NCBI GenBank assembly: GCA_016186525.1
Contig: JACPLM010000028.1
Coordinates: 1-20,763 of the forward strand
Origin: Candidatus Nealsonbacteria bacterium
GTDB lineage: Bacteria > Patescibacteriota > Minisyncoccia > Minisyncoccales > MHMH01
Reading direction: 5' to 3'
Length of the DNA stretch: 20,763 bases
Part shown: in pieces, positions 6,354 through 14,911 of the stretch
How the letters are laid out: each line of letters starts with the position of its first letter
How positions within the stretch are numbered: position 1 is the stretch's first letter
Made by a program: the position numbers and the translations under genes
Notes under the pieces: model-generated
Databases searched by the model: none
What the model was told of the DNA's origin: nothing
The model's input: only the letters and a program-made list of their open reading frames with translations

Positions 6354-7553
6354 ATGAAAAAGAGCTTTTTGGTTATTTTTTTTGTTGCGATAATTTTAGC
6401 TGCTTTTGGCAGTGGTTTTTATTTTGGCAAAAATCAAGTTCCGGTTGCCCCTCCGTCGGGTATTATAAATGCAGAACTGGGCAAACCAGAAAATTTAGAT
6501 TTTTCTCTCTTCTGGGAAGCATGGCGCAAGCTTGAAGAAAAATATGTTGACCAATCAGCAGTTGATTATAAGAAAATGCTTTATGGGGCAGTGTCAGGCA
6601 TGGTTAATTCCCTGAAGGACGACTATACTGTGTTTTTTCCTCCAGAAGACTCAAAGATTTTCAAAGAAGATGTCAGCGGAGAATTCCAGGGCGTGGGGAT
6701 GGAAATAGGCGTCAGGAATTCCGAGCTGACAGTTATAGCTCCCATAGACGGGACTCCTGCTCAAAGAGCTGGTTTGAGAGCCGGCGATAAAATTTTTAAA
6801 ATAAACGGAGATTCTACCGAGGGCATGACGGCCGATGAAGCTGTGAAATTAATTCGCGGGCCTCAGGGCACGGAGGTTATTTTGAGCATTTTCCGCGAAG
6901 GATGGAATGAAGCCAAAGATTTCAGCATTATCAGAGAAGTTATTTCCATTCCCTCTTTAAAGTGGGAAAAAAAGGATAACGATATCGCCTATATCAAGCT
7001 TTACCAATTTTCAGAAGCCGCTCGATACGCTTTTCCTAAAGCCGGTTTGGAAATTTTAAACAGCCCGGCTAAAAAAATAATTTTGGACTTAAGGAACAAT
7101 CCCGGCGGTTATCTGGAAGTATCTCAAGATATTGCGGGCTGGTTTTTAGAGGAAGGCCAAATTGTAACAATAGAAGATTTCGGCGGCAAGGAGACCAATG
7201 AAGAGTATAAGTCCAAGGGTCCTGCTAATTTCCTTTCCTATCCCATGGTGATTTTAATAAATAAAGGTTCAGCTTCCGCTTCAGAAATTTTAGCCGGGTC
7301 TTTGAGAGACAACCGCGGCATAAAATTAATAGGGGAGCAGTCATTCGGCAAAGGTTCTGTGCAGGAATTGGAAGATTTAAGAGAGGGCTCAATAAAAATA
7401 ACCGTTGCAAGATGGCTTACTCCAAAAGGATCTTTAATCAACGGCGAGGGCTTGGCTCCCGATGTTGAGGTGAAAATGGCCGAAGAAGATTATAACGGAG
7501 ACAAGGATCCGCAATTAGATAAAGCTATTGAAATTTTGAAGGATATGCAGTAA
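6354..7553 (+). CDS. ctpA: S41 family carboxyl-terminal processing peptidase with PDZ domain
   Basis: N-terminal TM anchor. PDZ segment GVGMEIG...VIAPIDGTPAQRAGLRAGDKIFKING. Catalytic Ser context LINKGSASASEILAG and Lys context GEQSFGKGSVQ. Confidence 0.92.
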   Translation: MKKSFLVIFFVAIILAAFGSGFYFGKNQVPVAPPSGIINAELGKPENLDFSLFWEAWRKLEEKYVDQSAVDYKKMLYGAVSGMVNSLKDDYTVFFPPEDSKIFKEDVSGEFQGVGMEIGVRNSELTVIAPIDGTPAQRAGLRAGDKIFKINGDSTEGMTADEAVKLIRGPQGTEVILSIFREGWNEAKDFSIIREVISIPSLKWEKKDNDIAYIKLYQFSEAARYAFPKAGLEILNSPAKKIILDLRNNPGGYLEVSQDIAGWFLEEGQIVTIEDFGGKETNEEYKSKGPANFLSYPMVILINKGSASASEILAGSLRDNRGIKLIGEQSFGKGSVQELEDLREGSIKITVARWLTPKGSLINGEGLAPDVEVKMAEEDYNGDKDPQLDKAIEILKDMQ

Positions 7554-7565
7554 AATAAAATCAGT

Positions 7566-8018
7566 ATGAAAGTTATTCTTCTTCAGGATATCAATAAAAT
7601 TGGAAAAAAATACGAGGTTAAAAATGTTTCTGACGGCCACGCCAGAAATCTTTTGATTCCCAAGGGCTTGGTCAAACCGGCCACCAAGGAAGCTTTGGAA
7701 TGGCTGGAAATACAAAAAGAAATTTTAACAAAAAACGCAGAAGACGATCTTAAAAAAACCGAGGAGCAGGTTACCGGCGTTGACGGCATGGAAGTTATAA
7801 TGCCAGTTAAGATCGGAGACAGCGGAGAATTATTTGAATCCATAAATGCCCAAAAAATATCAGAGAGATTAAAAGAATTGGGATTCCAAATTAAGAAAAA
7901 TCAGATTGATTTAAAAGACCCCATCAAAGAAACCGGCGAGTTCCCGCTAAAAGTCCATTTCGCTCATAACTTAGAAGCAGAAATTAAAGTAATTGTTCAG
8001 CCAATCGCTAATGACTAA
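7566..8018 (+). CDS. rplI: 50S ribosomal protein L9
   Basis: MKVILLQDINKIGKKYEVKNVSDGHARNLLIPKGLVKPAT is the canonical L9 N-domain; 150 aa. Confidence 0.95.
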   Translation: MKVILLQDINKIGKKYEVKNVSDGHARNLLIPKGLVKPATKEALEWLEIQKEILTKNAEDDLKKTEEQVTGVDGMEVIMPVKIGDSGELFESINAQKISERLKELGFQIKKNQIDLKDPIKETGEFPLKVHFAHNLEAEIKVIVQPIAND

Positions 8019-9636
8019 ATATATTTTCGTTGCGGGCGGAGTGATGTCGGGCGTCGGAAAGGGAATCGCCGCTTCGTCCATCGGGAATATTTTACAAGCG
8101 GCAGGTTACAGGGTAACAGCCCTTAAGATCGACCCTTATGTAAACGTTGACGCCGGGACAATGAATCCAACCGAACACGGCGAGGTTTTTGTTTTGGACG
8201 ACGGCACAGAGTGCGATCAGGATATGGGCAATTACGAACGTTTTCTTAACCGGGATTTCAGCCGCATCAACTATATGACTACCGGCAGCGTCTATCTTTC
8301 AGTTATTCAGCGGGAGCGTGCTATGGGTTATGGCGGGAAACAAGTAGAAGTTGTCCCGCGCATACCCCTGGAAGTAATTGACAAAATAAATTTGGCCCTA
8401 AAGAAAGATAAGGCGGATATAGCAGTAGTTGAAATCGGCGGCACGGTTGGAGAATACGAAAACATATTATTTTTGGAAGCTGTAAGAATGTTAAAAATAA
8501 AGAATCCCCAAGATGTCGCTTTGGTTTTAGTAAGTTTTCTCCCGGCTTTGGGCGCTGGCGGAGATGAGTTAAAAACTAAGCCTACTCAGCATGCGGTCCG
8601 CAGTTTGAACGCTGTCGGCTTGCATCCGGACATGGTGCTGGCTAGAGCAGCAGTTCCCTTGGACGAAAAACGAAAAGCGAAAATAGAATTTATGTGCAGC
8701 ATTCCTAAAGGGTACGTCATATCGGCTCCTAATGTCTCAAGCGTGTATGAGGTTCCGATAAATTTTGAAAAAGATAAGATGAGCGAGAAACTGCTTTCGC
8801 GTTTGGGGCTCAAGGCAAAAAATAAAGATATGCGGGAATGGCGGCAAATGGTTTTGGCTTCAAAGAGCGCGAAGCTGCCAGTTAAAATAGGCATTGTCGG
8901 AAAGTATTTCGCAACAGGAGATTTTGTTTTGGAGGATTCTTATATTTCAGTTATTGAGGCCATAAAGCATGCCGCCTGGTTCAATAAAAGAAAGCCTGAA
9001 ATTTATTGGCTTTCTGCGGAATCTTACGAGAATAACCCCAATTCCGTTAAAGAGTTGAAGCGATACGACGGAATTATTGTACCCGGCGGTTTTGGCGCTA
9101 GGGGAGTTGAGGGTAAAATTAAGGCAATAGAATTCTGCCGCAAGCAAAAAATACCCTATTTGGGGCTTTGTTTCGGCTTGCAATTAGCTGTAATCGAATT
9201 TGCCAGAAATGTCTGCAAGATTAGAGATGCCTCTTCGCGAGAATTCAATCCAAGAACAGATTTTCCGGTTATAGACGTTATGCCAGAGCAGAAGGCCTTA
9301 TTGTCTGAAAAAAAATATGGCGGCACCATGCGTTTGGGCAGTTACAAATGCGTTATTAAAAAAGGCACAAAAAGCTACACGGCCTATAAAAATACAGTTG
9401 TTTCAGAACGCCATCGCCATCGGTACGAAGTCAATAACGATTTCAGGGATGAGCTGGAAAAAAATGGATTGATTGTGGCCGGAATTAATCCAGAAAGGGA
9501 TTTGGTGGAGATTATTGAACTTAAAAATCACCCATTTTTCGCAGCTTCCCAGTTTCATCCCGAATTTAAATCGAGGCCTCTCCGGCCTCATCCATTATTC
9601 AGAGAGTTTATTAAAGCGTCAATTAAGCAACGCTGA
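8011..9636 (+). CDS. pyrG: CTP synthase
   Basis: [19 protein letters not shown] amidoligase N-terminus. GATase domain with the LGLCFGLQ nucleophile Cys and the HRHRYEVN and QFHPEF motifs. The start is moved from the track's 7993 to the ATG at 8011 to match the conserved N-terminus; it overlaps the rplI stop (ATGACTAA). Confidence 0.96.
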   Translation: MTKYIFVAGGVMSGVGKGIAASSIGNILQAAGYRVTALKIDPYVNVDAGTMNPTEHGEVFVLDDGTECDQDMGNYERFLNRDFSRINYMTTGSVYLSVIQRERAMGYGGKQVEVVPRIPLEVIDKINLALKKDKADIAVVEIGGTVGEYENILFLEAVRMLKIKNPQDVALVLVSFLPALGAGGDELKTKPTQHAVRSLNAVGLHPDMVLARAAVPLDEKRKAKIEFMCSIPKGYVISAPNVSSVYEVPINFEKDKMSEKLLSRLGLKAKNKDMREWRQMVLASKSAKLPVKIGIVGKYFATGDFVLEDSYISVIEAIKHAAWFNKRKPEIYWLSAESYENNPNSVKELKRYDGIIVPGGFGARGVEGKIKAIEFCRKQKIPYLGLCFGLQLAVIEFARNVCKIRDASSREFNPRTDFPVIDVMPEQKALLSEKKYGGTMRLGSYKCVIKKGTKSYTAYKNTVVSERHRHRYEVNNDFRDELEKNGLIVAGINPERDLVEIIELKNHPFFAASQFHPEFKSRPLRPHPLFREFIKASIKQR

Positions 9637-9886
9637 CGATTTTGACCAGTCTTTGAGAGTTGTCAAAATTTCTTTTTCTTTTAGTGGCAAAATGAACCTT
9701 GCCCTCCTTAAGAGCAAAAAGAGTATCATCACCGCCTCTTTTGACGTTTTTACCGGGGAATAATTTTGTTCCTCTTTGTTTAACAATAATCATTCCGGTG
9801 CGAACTTTTTCGCCCTCCGATAGTTTAATGCCTAAATATTTTGGCTGGGAATCTCTTCCCAACCTTACTGAAGTTGCTTTGGCCAT
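9623..9886 (-). CDS. rpmA: 50S ribosomal protein L27
   Basis: [58 protein letters not shown] matches the L27 core. Its 3' end overlaps the pyrG 3' end by 14 nt (convergent). Confidence 0.92.
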   Translation of the reverse strand: MAKATSVRLGRDSQPKYLGIKLSEGEKVRTGMIIVKQRGTKLFPGKNVKRGGDDTLFALKEGKVHFATKRKRNFDNSQRLVKIVSVA

Positions 9887-9895
9887 ACAAATAAT

Positions 9896-9924
9896 ATGTT
9901 AGCAAAACTGATAAATTTTGTCAA
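9896..9924 (-). promoter_or_regulatory. possible rpmA promoter (minus strand)
   Basis: Read on the - strand: TTGACA (complement of 9919..9924), 17-nt spacer, TAACAT (complement of 9896..9901), then 9 nt to the rpmA ATG. No SD. Confidence 0.35.
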
Positions 9925-10018
9925 AACTTACCAAGCCGATATTATATTAGCAATTGGCGTTATTTTGATTTCCTTGCTTTCTTTTGCTATGGGTTATATT
10001 GCAGCTAAAACTCTATGA
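9896..10018 (+). CDS. possible small single-pass membrane protein (40 aa)
   Basis: [40 protein letters not shown]. Its stop overlaps the next gene's start (ATGA at 10015..10018), suggesting translational coupling. It falls below the ORF-track cutoff. Confidence 0.4.
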   Translation: MLAKLINFVKTYQADIILAIGVILISLLSFAMGYIAAKTL

Positions 10019-10989
10019 AAGTCGCCATTGTCGGGGCTGGCATAACGGGGCTGTATTTAGCTTGGAAGCTTTCGGAAAAGGGGCATAAGGTTGAGGTTTT
10101 TGAAAAGAAAAACGCAATTGGCAAGGAGGCATGCTCCGGACTTTTTTCCGAAAGAATTTTAAATTTTATCCCTCAAAGCAAGAAACTTATTCAAAATGAG
10201 ATAAATTTTGTTTTAATTCATTTTCCTAAAAAAACGATTAGAGTTGATTTTGCTAAAAGATTTTTCGTTATGGATCACGCAGAATTAGACAGGTTAATCG
10301 CCAATTTAGCCGCAAACTCCGGCGCTGAAATCAAACTTAGCCAAAATGTGTCGAGAATAGTTCTCGACAAATTGAAGAATGAGTTTGATAGGATTATCGG
10401 ATGCGATGGAGCGAATTCCGAAGTGAGAAAATATTTTGGCTTGCCAGAGTCGAATTATCGTTTAGGTATCTTAGGGTTTGTTCCAGAAAAAAATAATTTC
10501 AATTATGTCGAAACTTGGCCCGTAAAGAATGGTTTCATCTGGAAGATTCCCCGGGGGGAAGAAGCGGAATACGGAATAATCGCCGATATGAATGAGGCCA
10601 GAAAGCTTTTAGACGATTTTTGTTTAAAAAATGATATTCATCTTCAAAATATAAAATCAGCTTTAATTCCGCAGGGATTAATAATGCCGAAAAATTCAAA
10701 AGCCGCCCTATGCGGAGACGCCGCCGGGCTTACGAAGCCTTGGTCTGGCGGGGGAGTGGTGTGGGGGCTGACGGCAGCTGATTTTCTCTTGAAAAATTTC
10801 CCGGATATGTTAAAATATCGCCAGGCATCAAAAAGGTTTTTTATGCCGGAGATCGCTCTTTCAAAAATAGCTTTAAAACTCGTTTATTTTCTGGGTTTTC
10901 ATTTTCCGCTGGTTTTGCCCAAAAAACTGAAAATGGAGGGAGACTATGCATTTAGGCATAATTATGGACGGCAACAGAAGGTGGGCTAA
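10015..10989 (+). CDS. FAD-dependent oxidoreductase, geranylgeranyl reductase family
   Basis: Rossmann motif [31 protein letters not shown], the GCDGANSEVR motif, and the C-terminal GDAAGLTKPWSGGG motif. Its 3' end overlaps uppS by 44 nt. Confidence 0.8.
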   Translation: MKVAIVGAGITGLYLAWKLSEKGHKVEVFEKKNAIGKEACSGLFSERILNFIPQSKKLIQNEINFVLIHFPKKTIRVDFAKRFFVMDHAELDRLIANLAANSGAEIKLSQNVSRIVLDKLKNEFDRIIGCDGANSEVRKYFGLPESNYRLGILGFVPEKNNFNYVETWPVKNGFIWKIPRGEEAEYGIIADMNEARKLLDDFCLKNDIHLQNIKSALIPQGLIMPKNSKAALCGDAAGLTKPWSGGGVVWGLTAADFLLKNFPDMLKYRQASKRFFMPEIALSKIALKLVYFLGFHFPLVLPKKLKMEGDYAFRHNYGRQQKVG

Positions 10990-11617
10990 AGAAAGAGAAT
11001 TGCCCGTCTTTAAGGGGCATAGAGAAGGCGCCAATAGAGTTAGACAGATTGCCAGATATTGCAAAAATTGCGGCATAAAAACCTTAACTTTGTATGCCTT
11101 TTCTACGGAGAATTGGAATCGCGATGCAAAAGAAGTGTATTTTCTAATGAAATTGCTTGGTTTGTTTCTGACTAAAGAATTGGAAGAATTGCAGAAAGAA
11201 AAAATTAAATTGAAGGTCATAGGCCAAAAAGAAAAGTTGCCGCTTTCTTTGCAAAAAAAGATAGCTAAAGCAGAAGCTTTGACGGCAGGCAATGAAAACT
11301 TGACTCTCGTGTTGGCTATTTCTTATGGCGGCAGGGCGGAGATTGTCCAGGCGTTCAAAAGAATGATTCTGGGCGGGGTTTCTTCTGATGACGTTACAGA
11401 AGAAAAAATCGGAGAGCATCTTTATACTGTAGGTTTGCCGGATCCCGATTTGATTATCAGGACTTCGGGCGAAATGAGGACTTCCGGATTTCTGATGTGG
11501 CAAGCGGCGTATTCCGAACTTTATTTTACTGATAAATACTGGCCGGACTTTTCTGAAGAAGACCTAGACGAGGCATTGGCGGAATATAGCAGGCGCCAAA
11601 GGAGATTTGGCAAGTAA
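10946..11617 (+). CDS. uppS: undecaprenyl (di-trans,poly-cis-polyprenyl) diphosphate synthase
   Basis: HLGIIMDGNRRWAKE, FSTENWNR, IRTSGEMRTSGFLMWQAAYSELYF and WPDF motifs. GGAGG SD at 10935..10939. Confidence 0.95.
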   Translation: MHLGIIMDGNRRWAKERELPVFKGHREGANRVRQIARYCKNCGIKTLTLYAFSTENWNRDAKEVYFLMKLLGLFLTKELEELQKEKIKLKVIGQKEKLPLSLQKKIAKAEALTAGNENLTLVLAISYGGRAEIVQAFKRMILGGVSSDDVTEEKIGEHLYTVGLPDPDLIIRTSGEMRTSGFLMWQAAYSELYFTDKYWPDFSEEDLDEALAEYSRRQRRFGK

Positions 11618-11625
11618 AAATATAG

Positions 11626-11662
11626 AAAGCGGCAGCTCTTGATGCCGCTTTATTTTTATTTT
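11626..11662 (+). terminator. rho-independent terminator after uppS
   Basis: AAAGCGGCA (11626..11634) pairs with TGCCGCTTT (11643..11651) around an 8-nt loop, followed by ATTTTTATTTT. Confidence 0.75.
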
Positions 11663-11686
11663 GGATATGCTATATTAATAAATATT

Positions 11687-12016
11687 ATGCTGAAACACCT
11701 ACTTGCCATCCTTATCCTATCTGCCTTTATATCCATTGCTGTTTTTGGCGTTGGCACTATGAGTTATTGCATGCTTGATAGAAATGCTGCTTTTTGCCAT
11801 ATGAATATTTTTGACCACATTGCTTCATGGCAAGCAATATTTACTTTATTTGTTTTCTTGCCAACCCTACTTTTCTTTATCGCCGCCGTTATTTTTTCTT
11901 TAGTTAAAGATACTTCTTCTCAATATTTTTATTTAAAAGAGAACTCTAATAATTCTTTTTTTGACCCCATCAAACAAGCTTTCTCTCAAGGGATTATCCA
12001 CCCGAAAATTCACTAA
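11687..12016 (+). CDS. small two-TM membrane protein with Cys/His motif, hypothetical (putative metal binding)
   Basis: The start is trimmed from the track's 11639 to the ATG at 11687, because 11639..11662 lies inside the uppS terminator. Layout: MLKHLLAILILSAFISIAVFGVG (TM1), SYCMLDRNAAFCHMNIFDHIASWQ (Cys/His/Met loop), then TM2. Confidence 0.6.
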   Translation: MLKHLLAILILSAFISIAVFGVGTMSYCMLDRNAAFCHMNIFDHIASWQAIFTLFVFLPTLLFFIAAVIFSLVKDTSSQYFYLKENSNNSFFDPIKQAFSQGIIHPKIH

Positions 12017-12090
12017 TAGATTCGCAGTCTGTTACTCGTGAATAATTTACGGGCATTTTTGTTTAAATTAAAATTAAATTGATATAAACA

Positions 12091-12603
12091 ATGAAAAATA
12101 TTTTAATCATCTTCGGAATTATTTTATTTGGAGTATTAATTTTGTTTATGGTGTTTCGGGGCGGAAACTCGCCTCAGCAGGCCAATCTTAATCAAATTTA
12201 CAGCATTAACGACGAAGAAAAACCGGCCTTAGCCGTGGAACCAAATGGAATGGTTCAGGATTTAGGCAATATGAAGGTATCAGAAGAGCGCGCCGCTGAA
12301 TTTGAAATTCGCAATAACGGTTTGCAGCCGCTTACCATATTTAATTCACAAACTTCCTGCATGTGCACATTCGGGCAAATCATTATTGGGGAAAATAAAA
12401 GCCCGACTTTTAGCATGTCTATGCACGGCAATCCAAAATGGCAGGGAATTTTAGAGCCAGGCCAAACCGCCGTTGCTAAAGTAATTTACCGCCCTTATTT
12501 AATGCCAGTGCAGGGGCCGGTAGAGCGAGCTTTTATTTTCGAAACCAATGATCCCTCTAATCCAAAAGTATATCTTACCATTAAAGCTTTTGTAGAGCAG
12601 TAA
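12091..12603 (+). CDS. membrane-anchored DUF1573-like protein
   Basis: N-terminal TM anchor. AEFEIRNNGLQPLTIFNSQTSCMCTF resembles the DUF1573 signature (F.x.N.G..PL.I......C.C), recalled from memory. Confidence 0.7.
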   Translation: MKNILIIFGIILFGVLILFMVFRGGNSPQQANLNQIYSINDEEKPALAVEPNGMVQDLGNMKVSEERAAEFEIRNNGLQPLTIFNSQTSCMCTFGQIIIGENKSPTFSMSMHGNPKWQGILEPGQTAVAKVIYRPYLMPVQGPVERAFIFETNDPSNPKVYLTIKAFVEQ

Positions 12604-12610
12604 ATTTCAT

Positions 12611-13447
12611 ATGGGCACAGAACAAATTCTTTTTGGCGCTTCGGTAATCGTGGCGTTCTTGAGCGGCATGGTTGCCCTTTTCGCTCCGTGCTGTATTACT
12701 TTTTTGCTGCCAGCTTATATCGGCCAGATTCTCCGCGCCAGAGTAAAAATTCTTTTGGGAACAGTTATTTTCGGGCTTGGCATAGCTACCGTAATGCTTC
12801 CCATTGCTTTGGGTTTTAGGGTTCTTGTTAATATATTTTCAGAATTCCACACCACAACTTATGTTATCGGCGGTTTGATGATGATATTTTTCGGAATTTG
12901 GACATTGCTCGGCAAGAAAATAAATTTTCCGTTTGCTCATTCAGCTAAGATATCCAATAAAATTGACAAGGGGTCGCTTTACGCTTTGGGGGTTTTTAGC
13001 GGAATTACCAGCGCCTGCTGCGCGCCTGTTTTAGCTGGCGCTTTAATGCTGGCAGGATTTTCAGCAACGCTTTTTAAAACGATTATTGTGGGATTTTCCT
13101 ATGTTGCGGGCATGGTTTTTCCTCTTTTGATCGGAGCTCTTCTTTGGGAATCAAATCCTCTAATGCCCTTGCGTTCATTTTTGGCGAAATCCATCAGGCC
13201 AGGCATATCGCTTGGAAGTTTGATATCGGGGATTGCTTTTATTGCTTTCGGTTTGCTTTTAGCATTATTGGCTTTGGTCGGGAAAATTGCCATGCCAGAA
13301 AGCGGCAGCCGCACAGGCGCAGTTATGGGCAGTATTGTCATAAAGATTGGAGGATTTCTGAAGAATTACGGTTTTATTGAATACGTATTTCTTGTGATGC
13401 TTATTGCTGTTGTTATTCTTCTTGTCAGGAAATTAAAACGGGGGTAA
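12611..13447 (+). CDS. DsbD/CcdA-superfamily integral membrane protein with two vicinal-Cys motifs
   Basis: Polytopic, 278 aa. Two TM-embedded motifs, FAPCCITFLLPAY and ITSACCAPVLAGA, sit in pseudo-repeat positions as in thiol-disulfide transporters. It starts 7 nt after the upstream gene. Confidence 0.7.
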   Translation: MGTEQILFGASVIVAFLSGMVALFAPCCITFLLPAYIGQILRARVKILLGTVIFGLGIATVMLPIALGFRVLVNIFSEFHTTTYVIGGLMMIFFGIWTLLGKKINFPFAHSAKISNKIDKGSLYALGVFSGITSACCAPVLAGALMLAGFSATLFKTIIVGFSYVAGMVFPLLIGALLWESNPLMPLRSFLAKSIRPGISLGSLISGIAFIAFGLLLALLALVGKIAMPESGSRTGAVMGSIVIKIGGFLKNYGFIEYVFLVMLIAVVILLVRKLKRG

Positions 13448-13456
13448 AATAAAAAT

Positions 13457-14896
13457 ATGGAAAAATTTAAATTCGTGTTTAAAAAAATATTTACCGACGT
13501 TATTTACGCGGTTATTGCTCTTAGCGTAGCCATAAATGCGCTGTTGGTCTATTATTTGATTTTACTTGAAAGCAGCACGTTGTCTTTATTTTTGCAGTCA
13601 AACAACGCCTTATATAATATCCTCTCGATTGCTTTCACCGCATTGATAAGTATTTTATTCGGTTTATCGGCAAGTTTATTGCTTTACCATTTAAAGTTGA
13701 AACAGGCCTCAAAGAGCGGCGCTGGCAGAAGCGTGTTCGGCGGAATTATTGGAGCATTTGCCACCGGCTGTCCAACGTGCGGCGCTTGGCTGGTTTCTGC
13801 TATAGGCATTGGCGGGGGGTTGGCGGCATTTCCTTTTCAGGGGCTTGAATTAAAGGGTATTGCTTTATTATTTTTGAGCTGGTCTGTGTATTCAAGCGCC
13901 AGCGCTATTTATAATCATGAAAAAGGAGTCTGCTATCCTCTAAAAAAGAGCTGGCAAAGGCATGCGCCTATTTTTGCCGGGATATTCGCCGTCCTTTTAG
14001 TTTTAAACTTGCCGATTTTCGCAGCAAAGTATAATTTGAGATTTTCTTTTCAACCAGATAAGGCGAGTTCTGTTGCCGCTGTTTCAGGGAATATAAAAAA
14101 TGATTCCAGCAGCGATTCCCCAGATATTAATTTGCTATTTCCGGAGCATGGTTACAAGGTTAATGCCTCTTATGGCGATATCGGCCCCAAAATGATTGAA
14201 GCTGGCGTGATTGATTTGGAAAAATTTAAACAAGTTTATGAAAGATCGGGCCGACCGCTTACCGAACAACAATTAAAAATATTAACCGAAGGATCAGACG
14301 AAAAAATAATCGTCAAGGAGGATAACTCCCATTTCCTGCTTAATTTCTTTTGGGCCTTCGGCTTGTTGAATAAAAATTCTATTCTAGAGACAGGTCCTCT
14401 TATGAAATACGGCGGATTGGCGGGAGCGGGTAATTTTGCTTCAACCGGCGGCTGGACTTTAGCAAAATCAAATGCAATGGATTACTATTCAAAGTCAACA
14501 ATTTTAGTTTTGGACGATAAGCAGCAAAAAGAATTGGAAGATTTTACCGATAATGCTTACAGGCCCTGCTGCAATAATTCCACCACCTTTTCTGACTGCA
14601 ATCACGGCATGGCTCTTTTGGGCTTGGGGCAGATTATGGCTGCGCAAGCAGCTACTGCTCAAGAGATGTTTGAGGCAGGAAAATATTTTAATTCTTTCTG
14701 GTTTCCCCAGCAGTATCTTGAGTTAGCTCAATATTTTCAAGCCAAAGAAGGCAAGAGCTGGCCAGAGGTTGAAGCGAGAACAGTTATGGGCAAAGATTAT
14801 TCTTCGGCTTCCGGCTGGTCGCGTGTTCACAGCTGGCTGCAGTCAAACGGTCTTTTAGAGCAGGCGCCATCAGGAGGCGGCGGTTGCGGAGTATAA
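13457..14896 (+). CDS. 5-TM protein with intramembrane CPTC motif and Cys-rich extracytoplasmic domain, unknown family
   Basis: Five predicted TM helices, the third containing ATGCPTCGAW. The ~290-aa C-terminal domain carries RPCCNNSTTFSDCNHGMA and ends in SGGGGCGV. It starts 9 nt after the upstream gene. Confidence 0.7.
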   Translation: MEKFKFVFKKIFTDVIYAVIALSVAINALLVYYLILLESSTLSLFLQSNNALYNILSIAFTALISILFGLSASLLLYHLKLKQASKSGAGRSVFGGIIGAFATGCPTCGAWLVSAIGIGGGLAAFPFQGLELKGIALLFLSWSVYSSASAIYNHEKGVCYPLKKSWQRHAPIFAGIFAVLLVLNLPIFAAKYNLRFSFQPDKASSVAAVSGNIKNDSSSDSPDINLLFPEHGYKVNASYGDIGPKMIEAGVIDLEKFKQVYERSGRPLTEQQLKILTEGSDEKIIVKEDNSHFLLNFFWAFGLLNKNSILETGPLMKYGGLAGAGNFASTGGWTLAKSNAMDYYSKSTILVLDDKQQKELEDFTDNAYRPCCNNSTTFSDCNHGMALLGLGQIMAAQAATAQEMFEAGKYFNSFWFPQQYLELAQYFQAKEGKSWPEVEARTVMGKDYSSASGWSRVHSWLQSNGLLEQAPSGGGGCGV

Positions 14897-14911
14897 AATA
14901 TATTAAATTAT

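Noticed and set aside
7993-8010. Track start of pyrG at 7993 (MFSQSL...)
   Set aside because: The conserved CTP synthase N-terminus is MTKYIFV, so the ATG at 8011 fits, with only an ATGACTAA overlap with rplI.
11639-11686. Upstream start (MMPLYFYFGYAILINI) for the 11639..12016 ORF
   Set aside because: These codons overlap the uppS terminator stem and U-tract. The ATG at 11687 begins a normal TM helix.
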